Origin: Phaeosaccion multiseriatum
Lineage: Eukaryota > Protista > Ochrophyta, other classes
DNA length: 64,000 nt
Assembly (NCBI GenBank): GCA_965112735.1
Contig: OZ218957.1
Location: 3,596,001 to 3,660,000 of the forward strand
Direction of reading: 5' to 3'
Part shown: piece by piece, positions 1-10,221 of the stretch
How the letters are laid out: every line of letters starts with the position of its first letter
Position numbering within the stretch: position 1 is the stretch's first letter
Made by a program: the position numbers and the translations under genes
Notes under the pieces: model-generated
What the model was told of the DNA's origin: nothing
Database searches by the model: none
Seen by the model: only the letters and a program-made list of their open reading frames with translations

Positions 1-3000
1 ACCCCCAGAAGCTTCTTGACGCGCTCGAGACGGAGGAGCTCAAGAGGGAGGTCGAGTTGCACCTTAGTGCATGGGCAAAGCAAAGGTGAGGTAGAAATAG
101 AATACGGGAGTAGGGGGCGTTATCATTTACCTCCCGTTACATGCTGGTCGTTTATTTCCATTCGCGCAAACCTCACCCCGCCGCTCTCCACTTCCTTCTC
201 TTTTCGACCCCAGGGTGAATGAGTTGAGGTCAGCAGCAGCAGGGGCAGTGGAACAAGGGGAAGCAGAAATGCGCTTAGTGTACACTGGAATCTCAGGGGA
301 CACCGACCACCGCAGATACCGCAAGGAAATGGAGGCGGACTGGTCCTCTGTGAGTACAAAGGATGGCACTCAGCCGCCCATGCTTCAGGTAGCAAGGCAG
401 GCCGCTGGAGACGCACCCCACACGTACAACCACGTGACCGTCGAGGACATGCCCACCACCCTCGCAGCGGAGCAGCTCTGTGTGGCAGGCACAGAGTCAG
501 CACGGCGTATTTTCACCCTCAACCTCGCCCCAGGAGGGCAAACGGGATGGTGGGGGGAGGATAAATGGATTCAGGTGCTCTGCTGCTTGGTCCGTAGGGG
601 AACGCCCATATCGCAGTTGCCCTTGCCTTTTCAACACTGGTGTGAGACTGTGGGGGTCGCAGATATTCGTGTGCTGCACAGAATAGTCTCTTCGTCCGGC
701 GGTAAAAACGGCGGTGAGTACATGTTTGTTTCGTGAGTGAGTGAGTGGGGGCAAAGCAAGTAGTGGTAGTGGGGGGAAACCGGGGCCGTGGCGTGGCGGC
801 GAATCCAAGTTCAAAGTAGTTAGGTACGAGCAAGGTACCACGTCACATTTGTTATATTTGCTCACTGCCCCCCCTCGCTTCCCGTATGCCCTCGGTGTCT
901 ACTTTTTATACTTCAGCCACCAAGTGCAGCGAGTGTGGTGGCAATGAGAATGAGCCACCCCTCAACGGGTGTAAGAAGGTACATGGTGTCTCCAGAGGTA
1001 AGGCTGTTTCGTGAGTGAGTGAGTGGGGGCAAAGCAAGTAGTGGTAGTGGGGGGAAACCGGGGCCGTGGCGTGGCGGCGAATCCAAGTTCAAAGTAGTTA
1101 GGTACGAGCAAGTTGTAGCGGTATATAAGGAGTCATTGGCTCGCTATAGACCATTCAGCGCGTGGGTAGTGGGGGGAAACCGGGGCCGTGGCGTGGCGGC
1201 GAATCCAAGTTCAAAGTAGTTAGGTACGAGCAAGGTACCACGTCACATTTGGTATATTTGCTCACTGCCCCCCCTCGCTTCCCGTATGCCCTCGGTGTCT
1301 ACTTTTTATACTTCAGCCACCAAGTGCAGCGAGTGTGGTGGCAATGAGAATGAGCCACCCCTCAACGGGTGTAAGAAGGTACATGGTGTCTCCAGAGGTA
1401 AGGCTGTTTCGTGAGTGAGTGAGTGGGGGCAAAGCAAGTAGTGGTAGTGGGGGGAAACCGGGGCCGTGGCGTGGCGGCGAATCCAAGTTCAAAGTAGTTA
1501 GGTACGAGCAAGTGCAATTGCTTTCCGCATGCCATCCGGAAACTACTTTTAGTTGTGAGGATTGGGGGGGCCAGAGTCTTACCCCCCCCCCCCCCATTGA
1601 ACATGCCCAACTCTTTGCTTGTCGTGCTCTGGCAGGCGCAAAGGTGTACGCACCGGGCGAGACCACGGCAGGCGGGATCGTGTCGAAGGGGACGAGGCAA
1701 GGCAAATCCAACGGCGGTAAAAACGGCGGTGAGTACATGTTTGTTTCGTGAGTGAGTGAGTGGGGGCAAAGCAAGTAGTGGTAGTGGGGGGAAACCGGGG
1801 CCGTGGCGTGGCGGCGAATCCAAGTTCAAAGTAGTTTGTTACGAGCAAGTGCAATTGCTTTCCGCATGCCCTCCGGAAACTACTTTTAGTTGTGAGGATT
1901 GGGGGGGCCAGAGTCTTACCCCCCCCCCCCCCATTGAACATGCCCAACTCTTTGCTTGTCGTGCTCTTACAGGCGCAAAGGTGTACGCACCGGGCGAGAC
2001 CACGGCAGGCGGGATCGTGTCGAAGGGGACGAGGCAAGGCAAATCCGCCGGCGGTAAAAACGGCGGTAAAAACGGCGGTGAGTACATGTTTGTTTCGTGA
2101 GTGAGTGAGTGGGGGCAAAGCAAGTAGTGGTAGTGGGGGGAAACCGGGGCCGTGGCGTGGCGGCGAATCCAAGTTCAAAGTAGTTAGGTACGAGCAAGTG
2201 CAATTGCTTTCCGCATGCCCTCCGGAAACTACTTTTAGTTGTGAGGATTGCTTGGGGCTGGCTGGCTGGGGGCGGTGAGTACATGTTTGTTTCGTCTCCT
2301 TGCTTTGCCTTGCTCCAGCCCTTCGTCACCGATGTATCGGCGTGTGTTGACGTGTCCCCTAACCTACTTGCATTTGGTTACAGGCTTGAAAAGCTCAACG
2401 CGGTGCAAGGATACCCTTGGCCGAAACTCACACGCCAGGTGCAAGGCGTGCGAGGAGGACCCCGACAGGCCAGAAGGAAGCGAGATGTACACTCTTTGCC
2501 TCGGGCACGTGGTACGGCGGGGTAACAACATCGAGACCGTTGGCGACATTCACCTAAACATGAATTCATGCCCCCACGCGCACAACAAGGCCGGCGAGCC
2601 AGTACGCCAAATAAAAGTGGGCAAGGTCTCGCTGAACATGGACGTGAACAAGTACGTCACCCTCGTCAAAGAGTCGTGTGACAGGACCTCAGGGGAGATG
2701 GAGGGCGAGGGCGGGCCATTGTCGTGCGGAGCATACATGTCGTGCAGACATGCCCGCACTCATCTGGGGTGGAAGTCATCTCCACAGCCCCGTACTTACA
2801 CCGGAGAAGGAGGAGGAGGAGGAGGAGGAGGAGGGAGCACACCATCCAAGGGGGGCAGCAACGGGAGGCGTGGCGGAAGAGGGAGCACGTCAGGGGGGGG
2901 GGCATGGGGCCCAAGGGAGGAGAGAGTGGTGCCGCTGGCAGAGGGAAGAGGCCTTCCAGAGGCGGAGGGGGGGGGGGGGCTGGAGGTGGGGCCTCAGTAG

Positions 3001-3254
3001 AGGGTGGTTCGAGGACGGCGCCGGCCCACGACACTGGGAGAAGCCGACCGCCCCCCGCCTTCTCGCGGGGGTGCTCCTACGGTGACGCATGCAAAGCCGT
3101 TGGACCCGCTGCCCTCGAGGCCTGCAAAAAAGAGAAATGCGTTGGAACTTCACACCACTTGTGTACGGTCGAGTACGCGGCTGCAAAGGGGGGTGACGAA
3201 GACGCGTGCGACCGCCGCTGCAGGCCCTGTGTCGACGCCATGCTACAGTCGTAG
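1..3254 (+). CDS. 5'-partial spliced gene: GIY-YIG-like endonuclease domain, Cys-rich region and C-terminal PHD-like zinc finger (possibly transposon-derived)
   Basis: Phase-consistent exons <1-85, 214-713 and 2384-3254. Motifs VYTGISG..R...AAEQL...LNLAPGG resemble the GIY-YIG YxG/R/E/N-GG core. The C-terminus CSYGDAC..CKKEKC....HHLC...CRPC fits C4HC3. Joining needs one frameshift in a poly-G run (~2893-2901 or ~2966-2979). Confidence 0.45.
710..2295 (+). repeat. Array of a ~107-bp constant unit (6 copies, one partial) alternating with three different intervening cassettes, inside an intron
   Basis: Unit gtttcgtgagtgagtgagtgggggcaaag...taggtacgagcaag at 728, 1006, 1165 (partial), 1406, 1743 and 2092. 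Intervening sequences are A, B, A, C, C and truncated C. A 25-bp direct repeat lies at 710-734 and 2271-2295. Confidence 0.9.
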
Positions 3255-3469
3255 AAAATAAAGATAAATGCATTTTAACCCCCACCCACTGCAAGCAAAA
3301 CGAAAAACCACCGATTAGGGCCGGCCACGGACCCGCCCGTGTGTCTGGCGCCAAGCCCTGAGCGCCAAGGCCCACAAACAGCCCCCCTAAACCCCCCTTA
3401 CGGCACGCGAAAAACACATGGATTATGTCAACAAACGGGTTTTAAAACCCTCCGTGGAGGAAAGGAAAG

Positions 3470-3897
3470 ACGGAGGAAAGAAGGAATGAAGGAAGGAACA
3501 CGGGAAGGAAGGAAGGAAGGAAGGAAGGAGGGAGGGAGGGAGGGAGGAGGGGAGGGAGGGAGGGAGGGAGGGAAGGACGGAGGGAAGGAAAGAACGAGGG
3601 AGGGAGGGAAGGAAAGAACGAGGGAGGGAGGGAGGGAGGGAGGGAGGGAAGGAAGGAAGGAAGGATGGAAGGATGGAAGGAAGGAAGGAAGGAAGGAAGG
3701 AAGGAAGGAAGAAAGAAAGGAAGGGAGGGAGGGAGGGAGAGAGGGAAGGAAGGGAGGGAGGGAGGGAGGGAGGGAGAGAGGGAAGGAAGGAAGGAACACG
3801 GGAAGAAAGGAAGGAGGGAGGGAGAGAGGGAGGGAGGGAGGGAGGGAGGGAGGGAGGGAGGGAGGGAGGGAGGGAGGGAGGGAGGAGGGAAGGGAGG
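3470..3897. repeat. (GGAG)n/(GGAA)n polypurine microsatellite
   Basis: Direct inspection. Confidence 0.95.
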
Positions 3898-4581
3898 GCC
3901 AAGACCATTGGAGAAGACATCATCTGTAAATACAGCGCGTATCGTGGGCCACGTCCAACAGCAATCGGATGCGCTTTACTCACCCTCGGGCGTTTGGGGT
4001 GCGTAGTGACAACTCCGAGACAAACGGGTGGAAGGTGACGTTGGACTTGGCGATGGTGCAGATACTGATGCCCAGGTACTCTGCGACGAAGCTTATGAGC
4101 TCCTCACTAGCGAAGCCCCGACCGACAGTCAGGACATGGTCTCCACTGCCTTCTCCAGGGTGCTGTGTTTGAGGACGCACACGCGTCTTCGTATCCTCGC
4201 CTTGCCGGTCCAGCCTGATTCGATGCGAAGGGATGTTCGGAGGAGTGAGAGGACCCGAAGAGTGTTGTTCAGTTGCACAGAGACAGCAGAGCATTGCCAT
4301 CCCCCCCTCAGATCCATCGTCACCCCAGTGAACGCACCTAACGGCGAAGTACACGAGCTAAGCTGCCTCAGCGGCGATGTCCATCCCACAGCCCTCCTTG
4401 CCCGCCTTCCGCGGGTTCCGCTTTAGATGTTTATATATTACACCCTTAAGTGCCATCTATGGTTGTCTAAAAGTAATGTCTCACCGCCCCGGGGAACATT
4501 ACGCTTTAGATGTGATTGGGATGGCACCCGATCCTTCACTTCTCACCTTTCCCAGCAGACACACATCCTTTTTCGCGATCA

Positions 4582-5446
4582 ATGAAGCTCCTGCTTTCCC
4601 TCAGTCTGCTCGGCACAGGTAAGCCTGACTGCAGACTGTGTGGGTGCTGCTGCTAGATGCTGCCCTCCGTGCTGCTGCTGCCTTCACATATTTACTCTGC
4701 TCACCTCCCATTTGGGTGATTCCCTTCCCCCCGTCCTGTGCTGCCTCTGCCAGCGTCCGCCTTTGTTTTGCCCGCACCGACGCGGGTATTGACTGATTCT
4801 CTTCGCACGACGGTCGTCACTCGCAGGCCCATGAGCATGGCGGTAAGTTGGTTGGTTCCTGCGTGTAGTCTTAGTCTCGACTTCTTCCGTGGAAATCTTT
4901 CCCTCACAGAACACTGGTACTGCTGCTGCTGCTCTTGTCACCTCCAGAGCGAGTCTTCCATGACACGGCCCAAGATTGCCCAGGATGTGACAGAGTTGAT
5001 TGGCGGCACCCCGATCGTGAAGCTCAACCGAGTCACTGAGGGATGCGGTGCCACCATCCTCGCCAAGCTTGAGGCCATGGAGCCCTGCAACAGCGTCAAG
5101 GACAGGATCGGTGCGTGCCCTTGGTTCAATCCCCCTACCTGGCAAATCGCTGCTTTGCTGGGCTGTGCACCGGAAGCGATGAGCCGCAAGTCTCATGCAA
5201 GATGCGGGGCATGCCGTGTCTTATCGTGTGGAAGGTAACCCCCCCCCCGTCCTCTTCCCCTGCGCCCCCCTCGTGCGCAGGAAACAGCATGATCAGCGAG
5301 GCTGAGAAGAGGGGTGACATCACCCCCGGGAAGAGCACGCTCGTGGAGGCCACCTCGGGCAACACGGGCATCGCGCTGGCCATGGTTGCTGCGGCCAAGG
5401 GCTACAAGCTCGTGCTCACTATGCCAGACTCCATGTCCATGGAGCG
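4582..5446 (+). pseudogene. cysK: 3'-truncated plastid-targeted cysteine synthase (O-acetylserine(thiol)lyase)
   Basis: Exons 4582-4618, 4754-4842, 4948-5110 and 5281-5446 give [21 protein letters not shown]...[12 protein letters not shown]...[17 protein letters not shown]...[12 protein letters not shown]...[10 protein letters not shown]. No further cysK exons occur before the kinesin start at 5833. Confidence 0.85.
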
Positions 5447-5832
5447 GTACGTCATCCTGTATTTCTTTGCCCTCCTGTGGCCTGGAGGGCCCTGCTTCCC
5501 CTCCTTCTCCTCTCCTCCTCACCGCCTCTCTCTCCCCTCATTTTGAAACTGTAAAAAACTCAAACTCAAACTGAAAATCCCTGACTTATGCAATTTCGTT
5601 TTTGTGCTTACACACGCATCGCCTCGCTTCCTCTCATCTGAGCCGATCCTATGTTGTATTCGAGGCAGTAAGCCAGTCTTATCCCGGAGCGAGTACTTCG
5701 CTACTATCTCCCGGAGATTGTCGCATCACAAACTTGAAAGAAGGCCAGAACGGTCTCTCACCGGAGAGGCTTCCGTCAGCGCACCCTCCTCACTGCGAGT
5801 AACTGCAGCCGTAGACCCTCCCGCAGGCAGCC

Positions 5833-8800
5833 ATGTATCGCATCGCGAGCAACATCAACAACATCGCCCACAAGGGCATGTCCAAGGCTCATGCGGTCGT
5901 CGCAGAGCTGGCGGACCAGGTGCGAGAGTAGAAGAGAAACCTGCCTATTCCCCAACTTCCCTCACACCCTCTCTCACTTCGCGCCCTCTCCCCAGGTTGA
6001 CCGCTCCGTGGACATGGGCGAGCGGGAGTACTTCGAGGACGACCTGATCCATGACGGGAAAGAGCGGGATGGGCTCGAGGCTGAGAGAGACCAGATCGAG
6101 GTACTGAGGAACTGCAGGGTTGCGCTGTTCCAACAGAGACAGAGGGATATGCAGGCCACAATCAGCCCAGCCCTGCCGCACCCCCCATGCTCATTCATCG
6201 TGCCTTTGTACCTCCTCCTTCCTCCCCTGTCCCCCTCTCTCCAGCTGTACAAGGGCATGCTGGTAGACTTCCAGATGGACCAAGCCAAGTGGACTAAAGA
6301 GTATCAGGCCGCCCTGCACGAGAAGGACACTCAACTGCGCAAGTGGCAGGCCCTGTACGAGGAGCGCGAGGGGCCCGAAAAGGCCGCGGAGAAGCAGGCC
6401 GAGGCCGCAGAGGACGAGGTGGGTATGGGGTCAAGACGCTGGCAGCTCTGAGACAACGCTCTCTGCTGGCCACATGTAGCCTCATAGCCTCGCTATCTGC
6501 CCTGTCCTGCTCTTGGCTATCCTGCGCTGCTCTGCCGCGACTGGTGTCCGACACTGATGTCCCCTTACCTTGTTCTGCCCTGCCCTGGCCTGTTGCAGGT
6601 GTCCCGTCTGAGCGGACAGGTGACGCTGCTGGAGGGCACCAACGCGGCATGGGAGAGCCGCCTCAAGGAGGTCGTGGCCGAGAAGACGGAGCTGCTGGGG
6701 ACCATCTCCAGACAGGTACAGCAAGTGCAATGTGTCCCTCTCCCTCTCCCTCCCCTCTCTCTCTCCCTCTCTCTTCTCTCTCTCACACACACCATCCTGC
6801 CCCTGCAAGCAGGAGACATCCATCAAGCAAGAGATGCGCCGCGTGGAGCAGCTCGAGCGCTCTCTCTCCGACAAGGCGGCGCTGCTTGCAGAGGCAAGGG
6901 CCAGGGGGGCGGGGCTGGGGCAGGAGCAGGCCGAGCAGCAGGGCACCATCGATGGGCTCGTCGACGAGTACACGCAGCTGGTGGGTGGAGGCATACGAGG
7001 GGGCGGGGGGCTAGCAGTGGATGGCAGTGGATGGAGTCACTGAGGAGGGCGAGATGAGAGGCATATGGGTGGGGTGCACCGCACAGGGACAGGAGAGGGG
7101 CCGTCAGTGAGGAGAGAGGAGCAGTGCGGTGGGGCTCAACCCTCCCATATGCCTCTCGCATGCTCACTCCTCTTCTCTCGCCTCTGCTTTCGCCCTTGCC
7201 TCTGCCCTGCCTCTTTCCCTATCCGCCTTCATAACTCCCTCCCTCCTTACCTTATCAGACCGCGGAATACCAGGAGCAGCGCGAGAGAGACGCAGCGCAG
7301 AGGGAGGCGGACCTCCAAAAGCTGCGGAAGCTTAGCAACCTCCGGGACGAGCTGCAAATGAAGCTCAAGGACAGGGAGGCACACGTAGCGCTGCTGCTGG
7401 ACGAGGCCCAAGCGCTGCAGGCGGGGCAGGGGGGCGGGGGGGCAAGGTCAGGGGACGTTGATATCGCCGAGGCCATCAAGCCGTTTCAGGAGAAGGTGAG
7501 CGAGGGAGGGCGGGATGGCAATGGATGGGGGGGATGAGAGGCCTATGGGGGAGGGCTCTCTCTGAAGAGGGGATTCACTCTTCCTCCACTCGCCGCCCAC
7601 CCGTGCCGGCTCATCAGCCTGCCTGCCCATATACCTGCCTTGTGCCGGCCTGCCCATAACCCCTGCCTGCCCATACACCCCTGCCTGCCCATATTCCTGT
7701 TGCAGGTGAAGGAGCTTGTGCAGGAGCTTTCCGCGAGCAAGAAGGCGAGCGCCCTTCTCAGCGAAGAGGTGAAGGAGCTCAAGTCGAAGCAGAGCAGTGG
7801 CTCAGGCTCGGGTTCCGGCGACTCCGCCCCTCCCCCTCCCCCCTCCTCGGAGGCGTCTGAGGAGACTTTGCAGCTGCGGGAGGAGGTATCGAGGCTGAAG
7901 GAGGCTGCTGCGGCTGCTCTACTCAAGGTGAGCGCCCACTGCTCCTGTATCACCAACTGCTGCGGCTGTAGAGGCGGTGGGTTGGGGGGGGGAGGGAAGC
8001 CGAGAACCTCCACGCACATGCCCACACCTCTCCCTCCTTCCCTCCCCCCCCTCCCTCCATCCGTTGGTCCCCTGCAGGCCGAGGCGTCAGACGCTGCTGC
8101 GGACACAGATAAGAAGGAGAGGGGCCTCAAGCTTGAGGAGGGGGAGGGACTCCGAGCCGAGCTGGAGGAGAAGCTCACCGAGGCAGAGAGGCAGAGAGAG
8201 CAGGTGAGGGGTGAGAGGTGAAGGGTGAAGGGTGAGGGGTGAGGCTCACCTCAGGGGCAGCGAGAGAGGGAGAGGGAGAGAAGAAAGAATAGGGCAGAGC
8301 AGGGCTGACGAGACGTACGTTACGTGCCCTTCTGTGTGGCCATATGGATGCTCAGATGAAGGACTCCAACGCCTCAGAGGTGGAGGCCCTGCGCAAGGAG
8401 CTGTCGGAGGCAAGAGAGGAGGCAGCGCAGCAGCTGGAGAGAGCGCTCGGGGGGAAGGACGCAGCCGCCAAGGAGATGGAGGTAAGAGGAGGGGAGGAGG
8501 AGCCTCAACCTCAACCTCAACCTCAACCCCCTCCTTGCTGCTTGCGTGGTGTGATGGCATGGCCTTTCCGTGCTCACCCCCCTCCTTGCTGCTTGCTTCG
8601 GTGTTGTGGTGTGTGGTGTCCCTTTTGGTGTCCTCTCCCCCGTGTGATGTGTCATGTGTGATGTGTGATGTGATGTCTCCTCTTTGGGGTGTGCAGGCTG
8701 CGATGAAGGAGGTTGAGGAGGGGAAGCGCGAGGAGGGACTTAAGGCACTCAGTGCCCAGAAAGAGGAGGAGAAGGAGAAGGCTCTCAGTGAGCTGACAGC

Positions 8801-9459
8801 AGAGAAGGAGGGGGAGAAGGACAAGGCCTTGGCTGAGCTGACAACAGCTAAGGAGGACGAGAAGGACAAGGCTTTGACTGAGCAAGCAGCGAAGAAGGAA
8901 GAGGAGAAGGAGAAGGCGTTGAGTGAGCTTACAACACAGAAGGACGAGGAGAAGGAGAAAGCTTTGACTGAGCAAGCAGCGACAAAGGAAGAGGAGAAGG
9001 AGAAGGCTTTGACTGAGCTTACAACACAGAAGGACGAGGAGAAGGAGAAAGCTTTGACTGAGCTCACAACCATGAAGGAGGAGGAGAAGGAGAAGGCTTT
9101 GACTGAGCTGACAACAGCGAAGGACGAGGAGAAGGAGAAAGCTTTGAGCGAGCTGACCACAGACAAAGAGGAGGAGAAGGAGAAGGCTTTGAGTGAGCAA
9201 GCAGCGACTAAGGAAGGGGAGAAAGAGATAGCGCTGACTGCTCTGACGGAGGAGATGACTTCTGGGCTTGAGGCGCTGGGGCTGGAGAAGGACGAGGAGC
9301 GGGCAGCGGCACTCAAGGAGCTCCAGGAGGAAAAGGACGAGGAGGTGAGTGGGTTGGTGCTCCTCCTCCATCTGTAATGCCATTTGTGATTTGTGAGGGC
9401 CCGGCTGTGATGTTGTGATGCAGTGACTGACGAGTGTGGTGTGTGCCGCCCCTGTCCCC

Positions 9460-9514
<55 letters not shown>

Positions 9515-10169
9515 TATGTGTGTGTGTCACAGTTGAAAGAGGCGAAGGCAAGGGAGGACAAGGCCAAGGAGGAGCTCGAGAACGTAGAGGTGAGTGAGTA
9601 AGTACGTAAGTACGAATTTACGTAGGTGTGTGCCCATACTCCCCTCGCATGTGGGTCCTCGTCTGAAGGGCCTGCCTGTCCTCCTCCCGTGTCTGCTTCT
9701 CATGTATCACCAACTGCTGCTGCTGCTCCCCTCCCTTGACCCATGCAATGCCCGTTATGCGATATTGCGCCTCTGCCCACCATGTGTTGCTCGTCAGGTG
9801 CGGTGGCGGGCCCTGCAGGAGAAGGCCCTCTTGGAGCAAGAAAAGAAGCTCAACAAGGAGAAGGAGGTGAGTCACGCGCGCGCACGCACGCACACGCACA
9901 CGCACACGCACCCACAGTGTCACGCACCCACAGTGTCACGCACGCACGCACACCGCTCTCGGCACTGCTCCGATTGCCTCCCCTCCTGCTCGCGCCAGAG
10001 AACCCCACTGCCTTGCACCTGATTCACGCAATACCCTCCCTGCCCGTCTGCTGCCATCCCAGGCTGCGGTGGCGGTGGTGGCGGCTGAGCGTGACGAGGC
10101 GAGTGCGCTGTACGCGAAGGAGAACAGAGCAAGGAAGGACATACACAACAAACTTATGGAGCTGCAGGT

Positions 10170-10221
<52 letters not shown>

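Noticed and set aside
710-2295. CRISPR array
   Set aside because: The repeat (107 bp) and intervening sequences (52-240 bp) are too long, the cassettes recur, there are no cas genes, and the context is eukaryotic and spliced.
3339-4038. GREG/PSLP ORFs, and similar poly-S/P/L/E ORFs at 15.6, 46.3, 53.9 and 55.8 kb
   Set aside because: Translations of microsatellites.
4028-4426. 132-aa ORF as a gene
   Set aside because: No recognisable motif or supporting exon structure. May be a gene fragment.
5545-5580. AAACTC/AAACTG runs (also ~15130, 23225, 41401, 45045, 52443) as interstitial telomere repeats
   Set aside because: Only 2-3 degenerate units each and not a canonical TTAGGG/TTTAGGG array. 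They could be promoter elements, but support is insufficient.
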